Source: Macrostomum hystrix
Taxonomy: Eukaryota; Animalia; Platyhelminthes
Assembly (NCBI GenBank): GCA_950097015.1
Contig: CATNEN010000039.1
Coordinates: forward strand, 3,410,001-3,474,000
Length of the DNA stretch: 64,000 nucleotides
Reading direction: 5' to 3'
Shown: in pieces, positions 35,253 through 48,080 of the stretch
How the letters are laid out: each line of letters starts with the position of its first letter
Position numbering within the stretch: the stretch's first letter is position 1
Made by a program: the position numbers and the translations under genes
Notes under the pieces: generated by a model
What the model was told of the DNA's origin: nothing
The model's input: only the letters and a program-made list of their open reading frames with translations
Databases searched by the model: none

Positions 35253-38200
35253 TCAGGAGGTTCCGCCGCTCTTGCCAGAGTCGGTGACGCGGGCCTTGAC
35301 GCGCAGCAGGTTGAGCATTTCAGTCAGGCAGCGGCAGCGCGATTGGCAAACCAGCTCGTCGACTTTGGCCCGACACCGGCGACTCGGCTGGCCGGCCGAA
35401 GCGTCCTGCGGCTCGCTGTCCGCGGCCTCTGTCCAGGCGCGGCCGATTTGGGCCTTCCAACTGGCCTCCAGGGCTTCAACTCGGGCGGCCGCCCGGTTGA
35501 CGCGCTCGCCGACGCTGGATCGAAAGTCTCGGCAGAAGGTCTCAAAGGGTCGGCGCTGCTTCTTTGGCAGGGCCAGCTTGCCGGCCAGGGCCACCGCCGT
35601 CAGCTCGTGCGCCAGGTTGAGCAGGCAGGCGGACTCGCACAGGCAGGCCAGGCGCTGCAGCTGCTGGCCGAACAGCGGCTCCTGGCTGGCATCGGACAGG
35701 GCGGACTCCAGCGAGGCCAGCTGGGTGTCGAATGCTGCAAGCAGAGCCGATGCGGTGGTCGATGCTGGTTCAGACTCAGCCGAGGACGGTAGCAGAGTCA
35801 GCAAGTAGTCGATGGCAGCTGGTAGCAGGGCCTGCGATTAATTTGTTTTCGGTTTTGATGGATGCTCATTGGACTGCTCTCTAAATAGGGAAGAATATAT
35901 TTGGGATATGATTGGATTGGTGAGAGACTGGACTTGCATTATGATGAGACTAGATTGGGAATGAGACTAGATTAAGGATGAGACTGGATTGGGGATGAGA
36001 CTGGATTGGGGATGAGACTAGATTGGGGATGAGACTGGATTGGGGATGAGACTGGATTGGGGATGGGACTAGATTGGGGGATGAGACTAGATTGAGGATG
36101 AGACAAGATTGAGGATGAGACTAGATTGGGGATGAGACTAGATTGAGGATGAGACTAGATTGGGGATGAGACTGGATTGGGGATGAGACTAGATTGGGGA
36201 TGAGACTGGATTGGGGATGAGACTAGATTGAGGATGAGACTAGATTGGGGATGAGACTGGATTGGGGATGAGACTAGATTGGGGATGAGACTGGATTGGG
36301 GATGGGACTAGATTGGGGGATGAGACTAGATTGGGGATGAGACAAGATTGAGGATGAGACTAGATTGGGGATGCGACTAGATTGGGGATGAGACTGGATT
36401 GGGGATGAGACTGGATTGGGGATGGGACTAGATTGGGGGATGAGACTAGATTGAGGATGAGACAAGATTGAGGATGAGACTAGATTGGGGATGAGACTAG
36501 ATTGAGGATGAGACTAGATTGGGGATGAGACTGGATTGGGGATGAGACTAGATTGGGGATGAGACTGGATTGGGGATGAGACTAGATTGAGGATGAGACT
36601 AGATTGGGGATGAGACTGGATTGGGGATGAGACTAGATTGGGGATGAGACTGGATTGGGGATGAGACTAGATTGGGGATGAGACTGGATTGGGGATGGGA
36701 CTAGATTGGGGGATGAGACTAGATTGGGGATGAGACAAGATTGAGGATGAGACTAGATTGGGGATGCGACTAGATTGGGGATGAGACTGGATTGGGGATG
36801 AGACTGGATTGGGGATGGGACTAGATTGGGGGATGAGACTAGATTGAGGATGAGACAAGATTGAGGATGAGACTAGATTGGGGATGAGACTAGATTGAGG
36901 ATGAGACTAGATTGGGGATGAGACTGGATTGGGGATGAGACTAGATTGGGGATGAGACTGGATTGGGGATGAGACTAGATTGAGGATGAGACTAGATTGG
37001 GGATGAGACTGGATTGGGGATGAGACTAGATTGGGGATGAGACTGGATTGGGGATGGGACTAGATTGGGGGATGAGACTAGATTGGGGATGAGACAAGAT
37101 TGAGGATGAGACTAGATTGGGGATGCGACTAGATTGGGGATGAGACTAGATGATGGACGAGACTAGATTGGGGATGAGACTAGATTGGGGATGAGACTAG
37201 ATGTTGGACGGGATTAGATTGGGGATGAAACTAAATGAGGAAATTTTGAGAATCACAGAAGTCAGTAGGTCGAACCTGAGAGCTGGCAGTCCAGTGGGCT
37301 CTCAGATTCGTCGGATAGGGCAGGCACGGATGCGGCTCAATGTCGAATACTGGCTCGGGTCCCTCGCCAAGCTCAGCAGCGAACTCAATCAGCTGGCGCT
37401 TCAAAGCCAGTGCGGCATCAATGTGCTTGACAACGGCACCGCTGGTAGCCATCTCGGTTGCAATGCGGGTCAGGTGGCTGATGCAGCGCAGGCCCAGTGA
37501 GCGATAAAGCAGCCACTTCCGCTCGGCCTCGGCAGCCGGGGAGCCCTGGAGGTTGGAGCGGAACTCGCGGACCAGGCGAAAGTCGCGGCCGTCGACTAGG
37601 CCTTCAAAAGTTGGCGCCAGTTGGTCGGCGGTTTCCTGCGGCGCGCCCATTTCGTAGACGCCCTCGACAATGTTGGGGCCGCTTAACAGGAGGGACTGGT
37701 GGCGCAGCTCCAGGTTGCAGAAGGTCGACTCGAGACTCGAATTGACTCGACCGGTGAGGGCAACGAGCTCGGGGACCTGTGGACAGGGATTTTCGATCGC
37801 GGCTGCCCAATGAGCTGAGCATGGGACTGATCTATGGACTGATCTATGGACTGAAGATGGGACTAATCTATAAACAGAACATGGGACTGATCTATGGACT
37901 GAGCATGGGATTGAGCATGGACTGATCTATGGACTGATCTATGGACTGAAGATGGGACTAATCTATAGACAGAACATGGGACTGATATATGGACTGAACA
38001 TAGGACAATTTAGGAACATACCTTTCTAAAATTGCCAATCTTGTACGCAGTGCACAGGTGCTCAACGATATCGCGCCAATTGTTCTTATAAAAAGTTGCT
38101 GTGCTGTTCAGCAGAGCCAGGCCCTCAGAGAGCAGGCCGCAGCGAGCCACCTGCCTTGACAGTAGGTAGCCCATGCTCTCCAGTAGGATCTGCTTCACAT

Positions 38201-41200
38201 CAAGCCGCTCGTACAGGTTGCTAGCGGGAGTCCAGGCGCCGAGCGAAATGAACAATCGAATCATCCACAGCATGACGCTGTAGTTGCTAGGCGACGCCGC
38301 CAGAGCCTCGTCAAGCAGGTAGAGAGCCTGCAACAGGTGGGCTTCGCTTCTACGCCCACAGTCCTCGACTAGCCAGGCATCGTAGTGCAGGCTGACGGCC
38401 AGCAGCATCAGATCGTCGGCCGGCTGCACCTCGGTTGGCTGGAGCCCGTCTAGTAGGCCGGCCCGGTAGGCGCTGACAAGCTCGGCTATTTTGGCGTCCC
38501 GCTGCTGCTGCTGCTGCTGCAGCTGCTGCTGCAGGCCGCGAGAAAGCTGTGGCAATTCAAACAGCAGTTGGAATTCAGAGGGCAGTAACTACAATATTTA
38601 ATGCTTGCTGTAGGCACTGGCACAAACTGCGACTATCGACCTGCAGCCAGAGAGGAGGCAATTCTGCCCATCCCGCTGACTCCTGAGCACACACACACAG
38701 ATCCTGTACACAGGCACAGGGTGTACATCTGCCCCGACTTTCTCATCGTCAGGCAGTGTACAATCTGATTGTGCCATCGGGGTTGGCCCTTAAGGGCGTA
38801 AAGTGCACGTCAAGTCTGCGTCTGCGCCTGCGGCTGCGCCTGCGGCTGCGCCTGCGGCTGCGCCTGCGGCTGCGGCTGCGCCTGCGCCTGCGGCTGCGCC
38901 TGCGGGGACTTTAGTGCAAGACCATGGGACCTCTCAGAGGGCAGGGAATCCAACTATTTCACTGATCCCGTGCTGATCAGTGCATGTTCGCTTGATGTAC
39001 TTTGCACTTCTATAAACAGCTTACTAGAGAACAAATAACTTTTAACAAATTAAATCTCGCTAATGAAAAGCGCTTTGCAATAATTTTTTTAATTAGCTGT
39101 ACAGAGGAACAAATTAAAACAGATTGAATTTGATTGCTGAAAATAATAATTCTGCTAGTTTGGGTTGGATAGGACAAAAATCGATTTTTTCCTCCTTCGC
39201 CTGAACTCAGCCGACGCAGAATGCGGATCCCCGGACTTATGCTCCCAGGGGATAATTATCCCCAAGCGGGGAGCAAGAGAGGAACAGGTGTATATACTCT
39301 CCCAGTTACTTGAGCAGCGCACAAAACCCAGTTCAGATTTCAGCTCAGACGAGGACATCCAGACGCTAATGGTGTTTACGTGAATAGTATTCTACTGTTT
39401 ACTATGACACAGACATCACCTGCAGTGCATCAAGTCGGACTTGATTCTCTGGGAAGCGGTCAGACGTAAGCATTTCATGAAGGATGAGACTTCAGCATCC
39501 TCATGAACGATGAGACTTCAGCATCCTCATGAAGGATGAGACTTCAGCATCCACATGAAGGATGAGACTTCAGCATCCACATGAAGGACGAGACTTCAGC
39601 ATCCACATGAAGGATGAGACTTCAGCATCCTCATGAACGATGAGACTTCAGCATCCTCATGAAGGATGAGACTTCAGCATTTTCATGAAGGATGAGACTT
39701 CAGCATCCTCATGAAGGATGAGACTTCAGCATCTTCATGAAGGATGAGACTTCAGCATCCTCATGAAGGATGAGACTTCAGCATCTTCATGAAGGATGAG
39801 ACTTCAGCATCCTCATGAAGAATGAGACTTCAGCATCTTCATGAAGGATGAGACTTCAGCATCCTCATGAAGGATGAGACTTCAGCATTTTCATGAAGGA
39901 TGAGACTTCAGCATCCTCATGAAGGATGAGACTTCAGCATCTTCATGAAGGATGAGACTTCAGCATCCTCATGAAGGATGAGACTTCAGCATCTTCATGA
40001 AGGATGAGACTTCACATGAGCAAGGAATGAGTAGTGATTATCCACCTGTTCGTAATTAATCCTGACGGTCAGGTCGCGCACCAGCTGCTGCCGGTCGGTG
40101 TCGGCAGAGGCCTTAGGCCAGTCGGGCAGGCCGGGCCTGAGCTGTTCCAGCAGCTGCTCCGCCGCAGACGTTGCCTTACCATCTGAGTCAAGAAGCAGGC
40201 AGTCGAACAGTAGCAGGTCAGAGGCCGTGGCTGGTCTAGTGGCGAAGGCTTCAAAATAGTCCCGCATCAAACCGACGGCTGTGTCGGGGTCGGACTTCAC
40301 GCCCAGCAGGCGGCAGCGCTTCAACAGCTCCAGGCGAGCTAGACGCGGCCCGCTCAGCTTCGGGTGCTCGGCTGCGATGGCGTCAATGCGTGCCCGCAGT
40401 TGGGCCAATCGGGCGTCGCCCACAACGTAGCTGCCAGAGCAGCTGTTGGCGCCTTCTTCGCCATCAGCGCTGGTGTCGGCGTCTATCGTGGCCTGAATGC
40501 AGCTCTGCCATCTGCCATGGGGCACCGGGCATTAAATTAAAAAATTAACAAATTCACTAACGAAAATTATAAATAAAATATTCTGCCAATCATAAAGAAT
40601 ATGAGACCGCTCATACAGGGTATGATGACCGCATATGACACCGCTCATACAGGATATGATGACCGCATATGACACCGCTCATACAGGATATGATGACCGC
40701 ATATGACACCGCTCATACAGGATATGATGACCGCATATGACACCGCTCATACAGGATATGATGACCGCATATGACACCACTCATACAGGATATGATGACC
40801 GCATATGTGACCGCTCATACAGGATATGATGACCGCACATGTCACCGCTCATACAGGATATGATGACCGCACATGACACCGCTCATACAGGATATGATGA
40901 CCGCACATGACACCGCTCATACAGGATATGATGACCGCACAGGACACCGCTCATACAGGATATGATAAGCCTTAAACGAAGCCGCTAATAACGACTCGAA
41001 CCAGACTGAGGTCGACCACACACGAACGTCAAAGAAAGCTTTCGTTAAAGAAAGCTTCCTGAGTGTATTACGACAATGCCCCCCTGAGCATCATAAGCGC
41101 ACTCACTTGGCCCAATCGTTGGGCTCCAATGCCAGGTCCTCCCAGCGAGCGGCGGCCAGCTCCCGAAGACGCCCCAGTTTCTCCAGGTAGGCCATGCGCT

Positions 41201-44200
41201 GCTGCCGAGTTGTGTCTTCCGACTGCGGACTGAGCAGAGAGCTAAGCGGAGGACTGTCTAGAGTAGTCAGGCAGTCCTGGAATCTCTCCTGCGCCTCCAG
41301 CACCATTAGGTACAGCTGCACCTGCAGATGGACATTGTGGCATATTCAGGAAATAACTCATTCATCCTTTAACCCGAAATACACCAAATAAGGATAAAGT
41401 CTATTTAGAGCTGGATGGCACGTGACCAAAAAACTGACCTTGAAACACGCGCCTATAACGTGGCGCTTGTGTTGCGTATGCTTAAACGCAGGAGACTACT
41501 CCAGTCAATTTTTTTTTTCTTTTCAGTCTTGAAAGATGGCCTATAAGGTCATCCCAAGGTCAGCTTGAGCGGCTCGAGTGTGATATTGTCATGCTATCGA
41601 TATCTATTCCTGAAGTCGGAGCATGACCAATCAAATAAGAGAGAAGTGCGCGATGACGTTCATTTCAGAATTGAGACTGATCAGCTTAGCCTATTCCCAA
41701 TGAACACGTGTCTTATCATCTATTGCGCTAGCACCACAGCGCAGATGTTTTATCACGGAAACCAACTGAAAGCAAACACGATCGTGAAGGCGATGAACTT
41801 TAACTTGAAGGGGTGAGAGGCAAAGTGGTATCATATTAGACTCTCGAAATGTAAACGAAATGTAGCTGCGGACACATGGATTGGGGAGCTTGTCGTGTAA
41901 TTTACGCAGGTGAGGGCCAACCCCAAAGGCTCAGTGAGATGTACACATGCCTATGTACAGCATCCCTTTGCGTTAGCGGAATGGCCAGAACATGAGCAGG
42001 AATGGGCAACAGACAGGGCACGTGAGTCCGCATAAGCTAAGGCAGCAGTTTTAATCTAGCCTGACCATTGCAACGCATTCAGTTTATGAAAAAACGCAGC
42101 CACTTGGAAAATGCTAATTAGTTTAACGCACAGATTATGCGAAATCAGGGCTGCAGAAAATCGCCTTCTTTTTTAATTATAAAGAAACCAAATTCAGCGG
42201 CAGGAGATGACAGATAATAAGGGTGAGCGCCCGATTCATCAGCACCTGAGCATTGCCAACTAGTTTATTAGATGTTATTAAGGTCAAAGTAACTGATTGT
42301 AAATTACAGGTAGCACGGAGCGTTTACAAAATCCTTGCCTAAAGGCTTAAACATCAATACAATATCCTCAGATCCATAATTAACTCCTAAAATTCCCAAT
42401 ATATGAAATAAAATAAAATATCAAATATTCTATTAATTTTTCTCAGATCCAAAAGAAATTCTAAAAAATCCCTGTTAGATTGTCCTCAGATCAAAAATGA
42501 AATCCCGACCAAACACTCCGATAGATTGTCCTCAGATCAAAAATGAAATCCCGACCAAACACTCCGATAGATTATCCTCAGATCAAAAATGAAATCTCGA
42601 CCAAACACTCCGATAGATTATCCTCAGATCAAAAATGAAATCTCGACCAAACACTCCGATAGATTATCCTCAGATCAAAAATGAAATCCCGACCAAACAC
42701 TCCGATAGATTATCCTCTGATAAAAAATGAAATCCCGACCAAACACTCCGATAGATTATCCTCTGATAAAAAATAAAATCCCGACCAAACACTCCGATAG
42801 ATTGTCCTCAGATAAAAAATGAAATCCCGACCAAACACTCCGATAGATTATCCTCTGATAAAAAATAAAATCCCGACCAAACACTCCGATAGATTGTCCT
42901 CAGATAAAAAATAAAATCCCGACCAAACACTCCGATAGATTATCCTCACATCAAAAATGAAATCCCGACCAAACACTCCGATAGATTGTCCTCAGATAAA
43001 AAATGAAATCCCGACCAAACACTCCGATAGATTATCCTCTGATAAAAAATAAAATCCCGACCAAACACTCCGATAGATTGTCCTCAGATAAAAAATAAAA
43101 TCCCGACCAAACACTCCGATAGATTATCCTCACATCAAAAATGAAATCCCGACCAAACACTCCGATAGATTGTCCTCAGATAAAAAATGAAATCCCGACC
43201 AAACACTTCTAAAGATTATCCTCAGGTCAAAAATAAAATCCCAAAATATCCTAGATTATTCCGAGATCTGAAATCCCAAATCCCAAATAAGTTATTCGAA
43301 AATCAGACGTCAGAACTGCACAACGCCACGAACCTCAGCCTCGGCACTCATTCGCTCCTTGTAGGCCTCGGCCATGCGGGCAGCCAGCGGCAGCAGCATC
43401 TTGCTTGCCATCTCAGTGCCGCTCTCATTGGCCTGCATGAGAACGCTCATCACAGACCAGAAATAATAGGGATTCTTCCCCGGCGCTAGGCGGTGCAATT
43501 TGGCGGCCGTCAGCTGCTGCTTCTTGTGGTCCAGCACTCGCACCTGGGCCATGAACAGGCTCGTTAGCAGGTCCTCATTCTTTGGCTGCAATTGCACGGC
43601 TCTCTCGTACATGGCCGCTATGCGATCCAGCCTGTGGCACTCCTTGTAGAAATAGGTCATCGCCTGCAGCACCGGCTCCTCGCAGGTGTTAACTCGCTCC
43701 ACCTGGAATTGCGCACACTGGCTATTGGGTCACGGCAGTGGAGGTTAGAGGCGGCTTTCAGATGGACTCAAGCGAATTCAGGATGGGGAAGGGGAGAGCG
43801 TGAGAGGGGTATTGTGAGACTAGGGGTGATGGGAAAGATAGGTGAGATGGAGGGAAGCTGAAATGATGAAGGGAGGGTGAAAAGATGGGTGAGAGGAAGG
43901 ATGGGTAAAATGGAGGGTGAGAGGAAGGATGGGTAAAATGGAGGGTGAGAGGAAGGATGGGTAAAATGGAGGGTGAGAGGAAGGATGGGTAAAATGGAGG
44001 GTGAGAGGAAGGATGGGTAAAATGGAGGGTGAGAGGAAGGATGGGTAAAATGGAGGGTGAGAGGAAGGATGGGTAAAATGGAGGGTGAGAGGAAGGATGG
44101 GTAAAATGGAGGGTGAGAGGAAGGATGCGTAAAATAGAGGGTGAGAGGAAGGGTGAAAGGAGGGTGAGAGGGTGTGATGGTGAAAGGACGGGAGGGTGAG

Positions 44201-44626
44201 AGGATGGGTGAGATAAAGGAAGGGTGGGATGAAGGATGGGTGAGCTGAAGGAGAGTGAGAGGAAGGAAAGAAGTGAGGGGGAGAGGAAGGGAGGCGGTTA
44301 GAGGAAGTAAGAGGGGAGACGGAAGGTGACAGGAGGGAGAGATCAGATAAGAGGCAGGCAGAGAGTATGGAAGTGAGCATGGTTGAGCAGGCACGGTGAG
44401 TCTCAGATCACAGTTCGCTAACCTCGGCGGCAGCGGCATGCGCCTCGTCGAGGCGGCTGGAGCGCAGCAGGGCGAGGGCGCGCAAGGCCTTCGCACAGAG
44501 AGAGTCGCCGCCCTCTTTGCGCAGCACCTTGTCGGCCTCCTGAATGGCCTTCTTATTGTTGCCCGAGTCCAGAGCATCGTAGATCGCCTTGAGGCGCCGC
44601 TCCCTCGGGTCGCTCTTGCTGTTCTG
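35253..44626 (-). CDS. NAA25: N-alpha-acetyltransferase 25, NatB auxiliary subunit (MDM20)
   Basis: Exons 44626-44423, 43702-43334, 41321-41107, 40511-40046, 38546-38022, 37776-37276, 35831-35253, all GT-AG and in phase. Motifs DPRERRLKAIYDALDSGNNKKAIQEADK, LFMAQVRV, KNPYYFWSVMS, EAEVQLY, GPRLARLEL, EVQPADD, LDVKQILLESMGY. The start codon is not located with certainty. Confidence 0.92.
35945..37200. repeat. 17-bp tandem array (gattggggatgagacta) with ~393-bp higher-order period, NAA25 last intron
   Basis: Identical variant patterns recur 393 bp apart (identical ORFs at 36274-36465 and 36667-36858). Confidence 0.95.
37820..38005. repeat. Degenerate ~12-bp array (atggactgatct) in NAA25 intron
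   Basis: Repeated atgg(g)actga cores. Confidence 0.8.
38638..38935 (-). mobile_element. SINE copy with an internal (ctgcgg/ctgcgc)n expansion
   Basis: gcagccagagaggaggcaattctgcccat...ccgactttctcatcgtcaggcagtgtacaa matches the SINE family; hexamer run at 38816-38905. Confidence 0.75.
39474..40013. repeat. 26-bp tandem array (gaaggatgagacttcagcatcctcat) in NAA25 intron
   Basis: About 20 copies; unit is partly self-complementary. Confidence 0.96.
40598..40965. repeat. 34-bp tandem array (gacaccgctcatacaggatatgatgaccgcatat) in NAA25 intron
   Basis: About 11 copies. Confidence 0.95.
42476..43240. repeat. 46-bp tandem array (atagattatcctcagatcaaaaatgaaatcccgaccaaacactccg) in NAA25 intron
   Basis: About 16 copies. 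Confidence 0.96.
43886..44150. repeat. 28-bp purine-rich tandem array (gggtgagaggaaggatgggtaaaatgga) in NAA25 intron
   Basis: About 9 copies inside a longer purine-rich tract. Confidence 0.93.
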
Positions 44627-44728
44627 CTGTAAGAATTTGCAATACAATACGAAAGAAATCAAACTGACAACCTTGGGATCAGGGAAGGTAAATCGACGAA
44701 TATGCTAACTATCTCAGGAAAAATGCCA

Positions 44729-45450
44729 AGGAAATCCCACAATCTTAAACTCCCCTGATAAGTGAGCCCCAGATCTCAATGGAAATCCCACAATCTTAAA
44801 CTCTCCTGATAAGTCAACCCCAGATCTCAAAGGAAATCCCACAATCTTAAACTCACCAGATAAGTCAACCCCAGATCTCAAAGGAAATCCCACAATCTTA
44901 AACTCCCCTGATAAGTGAACCCCAGATCTCAAAGGAAATCCCACAATCTTAAACTCCCCTGATAAGTGAACCCCAGATCTCAATGGAAATCCCACAATCT
45001 TAACTCCCCTGATAAGTGAACCCCAGATCTCAAAGGAAATCCCACAATCTTAAACTCCCCTGATAAGTGAGCCCCAGATCTCAAAGGAAATCCCACAATC
45101 TTAAACTCCCCTGATAAGTGAACCCCAGATCTCAATGGAAATCCCACAATCTTAACTCCCCTGATAAGGAACCCCAGATCTCAATGGAAATCCCACAATC
45201 TTAAACTCCCCTGATAAGTGAACCCCAGATCTCAAAGGAAATCCCACAATCTTAAACTCCCCTGATAAGTGAGCCCCAGATCTCAAAGGAAATCCCACAA
45301 TCTTAAACTCCCCTGATAAGTGAGCCCCAGATCTCAATGGAAATCCCACAATCTTAAACTCCCCTGATAAGTGAACCCCAGATCTCAAAGGAAATCCCAC
45401 ATTCTTAAACTCCCCTGATAAGTGAACCCCTGAACTCAAAGGAAATCCCA
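44729..45450. repeat. 51-bp tandem array (ggaaatcccacaatcttaaactcccctgataagtgaaccccagatctcaaa)
   Basis: About 14 copies immediately upstream of the first NAA25 coding exon. Confidence 0.96.
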
Positions 45451-45994
45451 CTCGCAGTCGCATGAAATTCGAGTTTTTAAGCAAGCGGTTATTAACTTTC
45501 AAATGAAATTTGGCATGCATGATGAAAGCTAGGTGTAAGTGAAGTCAAAGTCTTACAATTGTCTGATGAATAGATTAAATTGCATTAATTGCTGGTTGGT
45601 TAAAAGAGAGAACGTACAAGTGCACACTTATTTTTAAAGTAATTGCAGAATTTTTAAGGAAGCAATTTCGCGTCGCCAAGCCTAAAGAAATATTTCAAAA
45701 TTAGATTATAAAAAAGACAGACTAAAAAAAGATAAGAGGGCGCCGGAAGCAGTCACGGCGGCCACCCGGACACCTATTTTTACACTTGATTAATTACCGG
45801 AGTGCCAGGTACCGCAGTAATTAGTTTCTCGCCAGTTTAGGAACCGGGAAAAGGACGACCCTTTCATAGAGGCTATTTATAGGATTGTCCATTCGACACC
45901 TTTCGATTACCAAGCAAGCAAATATATTATCGAGCGTTTCTGGCATTTATGCAAAACCAGGATTCACAGACAGTTTCACGAAAATTGCCTGCAG

Positions 45995-46405
45995 GTACCT
46001 GAGATGACAAGTACCTGAGATGACAAGTACTTGAGATGACAAGTACCTGAGATGACAAGTACCTGAGATGACAAGTACCTAGGATGACAAATACCTGAGA
46101 TGACAAGTACCTGAGATGATAAATACCTGAGATGACAAGTACCTAGGATGACAAATACCTGAGATGACAAGTACCTGAGATGACAAGTACCTGAGATGAC
46201 AAGTACCTGAGATGACAAGTACCTAGGATGACAAATACCTGAGATGACAAGTACCTGAGATGACAAGTACCTGAGATGACAAGTACCTAGGATGACAAAT
46301 ACCTGAGATGACAAGTACCTGAGATGATAAGTACCTGAGATGACAAGTACCTAGGATGACAAATACCTGAGATGACAAGTACCTGAGATGACAAGTACCT
46401 GAGGA
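45995..46405. repeat. 16-bp tandem array (gtacctgagatgacaa)
   Basis: About 25 copies. Confidence 0.95.
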
Positions 46406-46417
46406 GACAAGTGCGTG

Positions 46418-47112
46418 AACGGACACACTGATAGAGCTGACAACGGTCACACTGATAGAGCTGACAACGGTCACACTGATAGAGCTGACAACTGACACAC
46501 TGATAGAGCTGACAACGGTCACACTGATAGAGCTGACAACGGACACACTGATAGAGCTGACAACGGACACACTGATAGAACTGACAACTGACACACTGAT
46601 AGAGCTGACAACGGACACACTGATAGAACTGACAACGGACACACTGATAGAGCTGACAACGGACACACTGATAGAACTGACAACGGACACACTGATAGAA
46701 CTGACAACTGACACACTGATAGAACTGACAACGGACACACTGATAGAACTGACAACGGACACACTGATAGAGCTGACAACGGACACACTGATAGAACTGA
46801 CAACGGACACACGGATAGAGCTGACAACGGACACACTGATAGGACTGACAACGGACACACTGATAGAACTGACAACTGACACACTGATAGAGCTGACAAC
46901 GGACACACTGATAGAACTGACAACGGACACACTGATAGAGCTGACAACGGACACACTGATAGAACTGACAACGGACACACTGATAGAACTGACAACTGAC
47001 ACACTGATAGAACTGGCAGTGACAACTGACACACTGATAGAGCTGACAACGGACACACTGATAGAACTGACAACTGACACACTGATAGAGCTGGCAGTGA
47101 CAACTGACACTG
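46418..47112. repeat. 24-bp tandem array (acacactgatagagctgacaacgg)
   Basis: About 28 copies; explains the ORFs at 46223-47133. Confidence 0.96.
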
Positions 47113-47754
47113 AGCTAGAAAAGTGCATGGCAAATGGCGTGACGCAGCGAAGAGAAAAGTTCTCTAAAAGTGAAATATAAAATCAAGGTTTGACTGGCTG
47201 CTTTAGGAAAGAAGAAGAACGAATGAGAGAATCTCTCCAATAGTCGAAACTCCTAGCACAGAAGCATGAACGGACACCAGTTGGATTCCAGCAGCGAGTA
47301 GTGGGAGAATATCCTTAGGGAGATTAGTCACAGCCGCAGGACTTTCTAGAACAAAGCTAGGGGCCCGCACAGGGATGACAAAGAATGACATGAATTCCAA
47401 ACTGGAATTATTTATCAAGGCCTTCACATCTTGGCACTGCGGCCAATAAGCAGCTCGCCATTTATAAAGCTTTCACGATGAGAATAAATGATCTCACGCG
47501 AAATCAAGGCGCAAGAGTTGCCAGGCGAACACGAGATCCGCATTAGCTACTGCCGCTTTGGGAATTAAAAAAAGCAACACAACAAGGCCCGGATAGAAAT
47601 CCGCAAAGGCCACTGACGTGTTTGACTAGAGAACACCGGAGGTTCGGCTGGAGTGCAGGAAGGTCGATGAGACGGGAGCCCAAATAATTAATAATTAATT
47701 AATTAATAATAACTGATTACACCTGCCCCGATCGGCCCATTCGTGCAGCCGACA

Positions 47755-48080
47755 GCACAGCCGCAGCTATCTCGCAGGTTGCGTACGGCTGTTCAGTCCA
47801 TGGACAGGGAGGACGCCACAACCACCCTCAATTACCCCTGAGTGTCTTGCTTAAGGACACGAATTGTTCCAGTGGAGTCGGGAATCGAGCCCCCGACTTT
47901 CAGGTCGTGAGTCCGACTAGGCCACAACCCCTGCTGCGCTAGATTTACTGACAGTGGCACAGCCGCAGTCTATTGCTCTGTACAGCTGTTCAGTCCGCGG
48001 ACTGGGGAGGCCGCCACATCCACCCGAATTTCAACCGCAGCTAATGCTGGTACCTATTTAACAGCTGGGTGAATTGACAC
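47755..48080 (-). mobile_element. Probable second SINE family, two partial tandem copies
   Basis: Direct repeat cacagccgcag...ctgttcagtcc...ggagg.cgccaca.ccaccc at ~47756 and ~47958; tRNA-like B-box gggctcgattccc on the minus strand at ~47880-47893. Confidence 0.5.

Noticed and set aside
39155-39383. Short ORFs in the NAA25 intron as an extra exon or nested gene
   Set aside because: The flanking NAA25 exons join in phase and colinearly with homologues; no recognisable motif.
46223-47133. Ser/Val-rich 301-aa ORF resembling an adhesin or mucin
   Set aside because: Translation of 24-bp and 16-bp tandem arrays with no unique domain or supporting splice structure.
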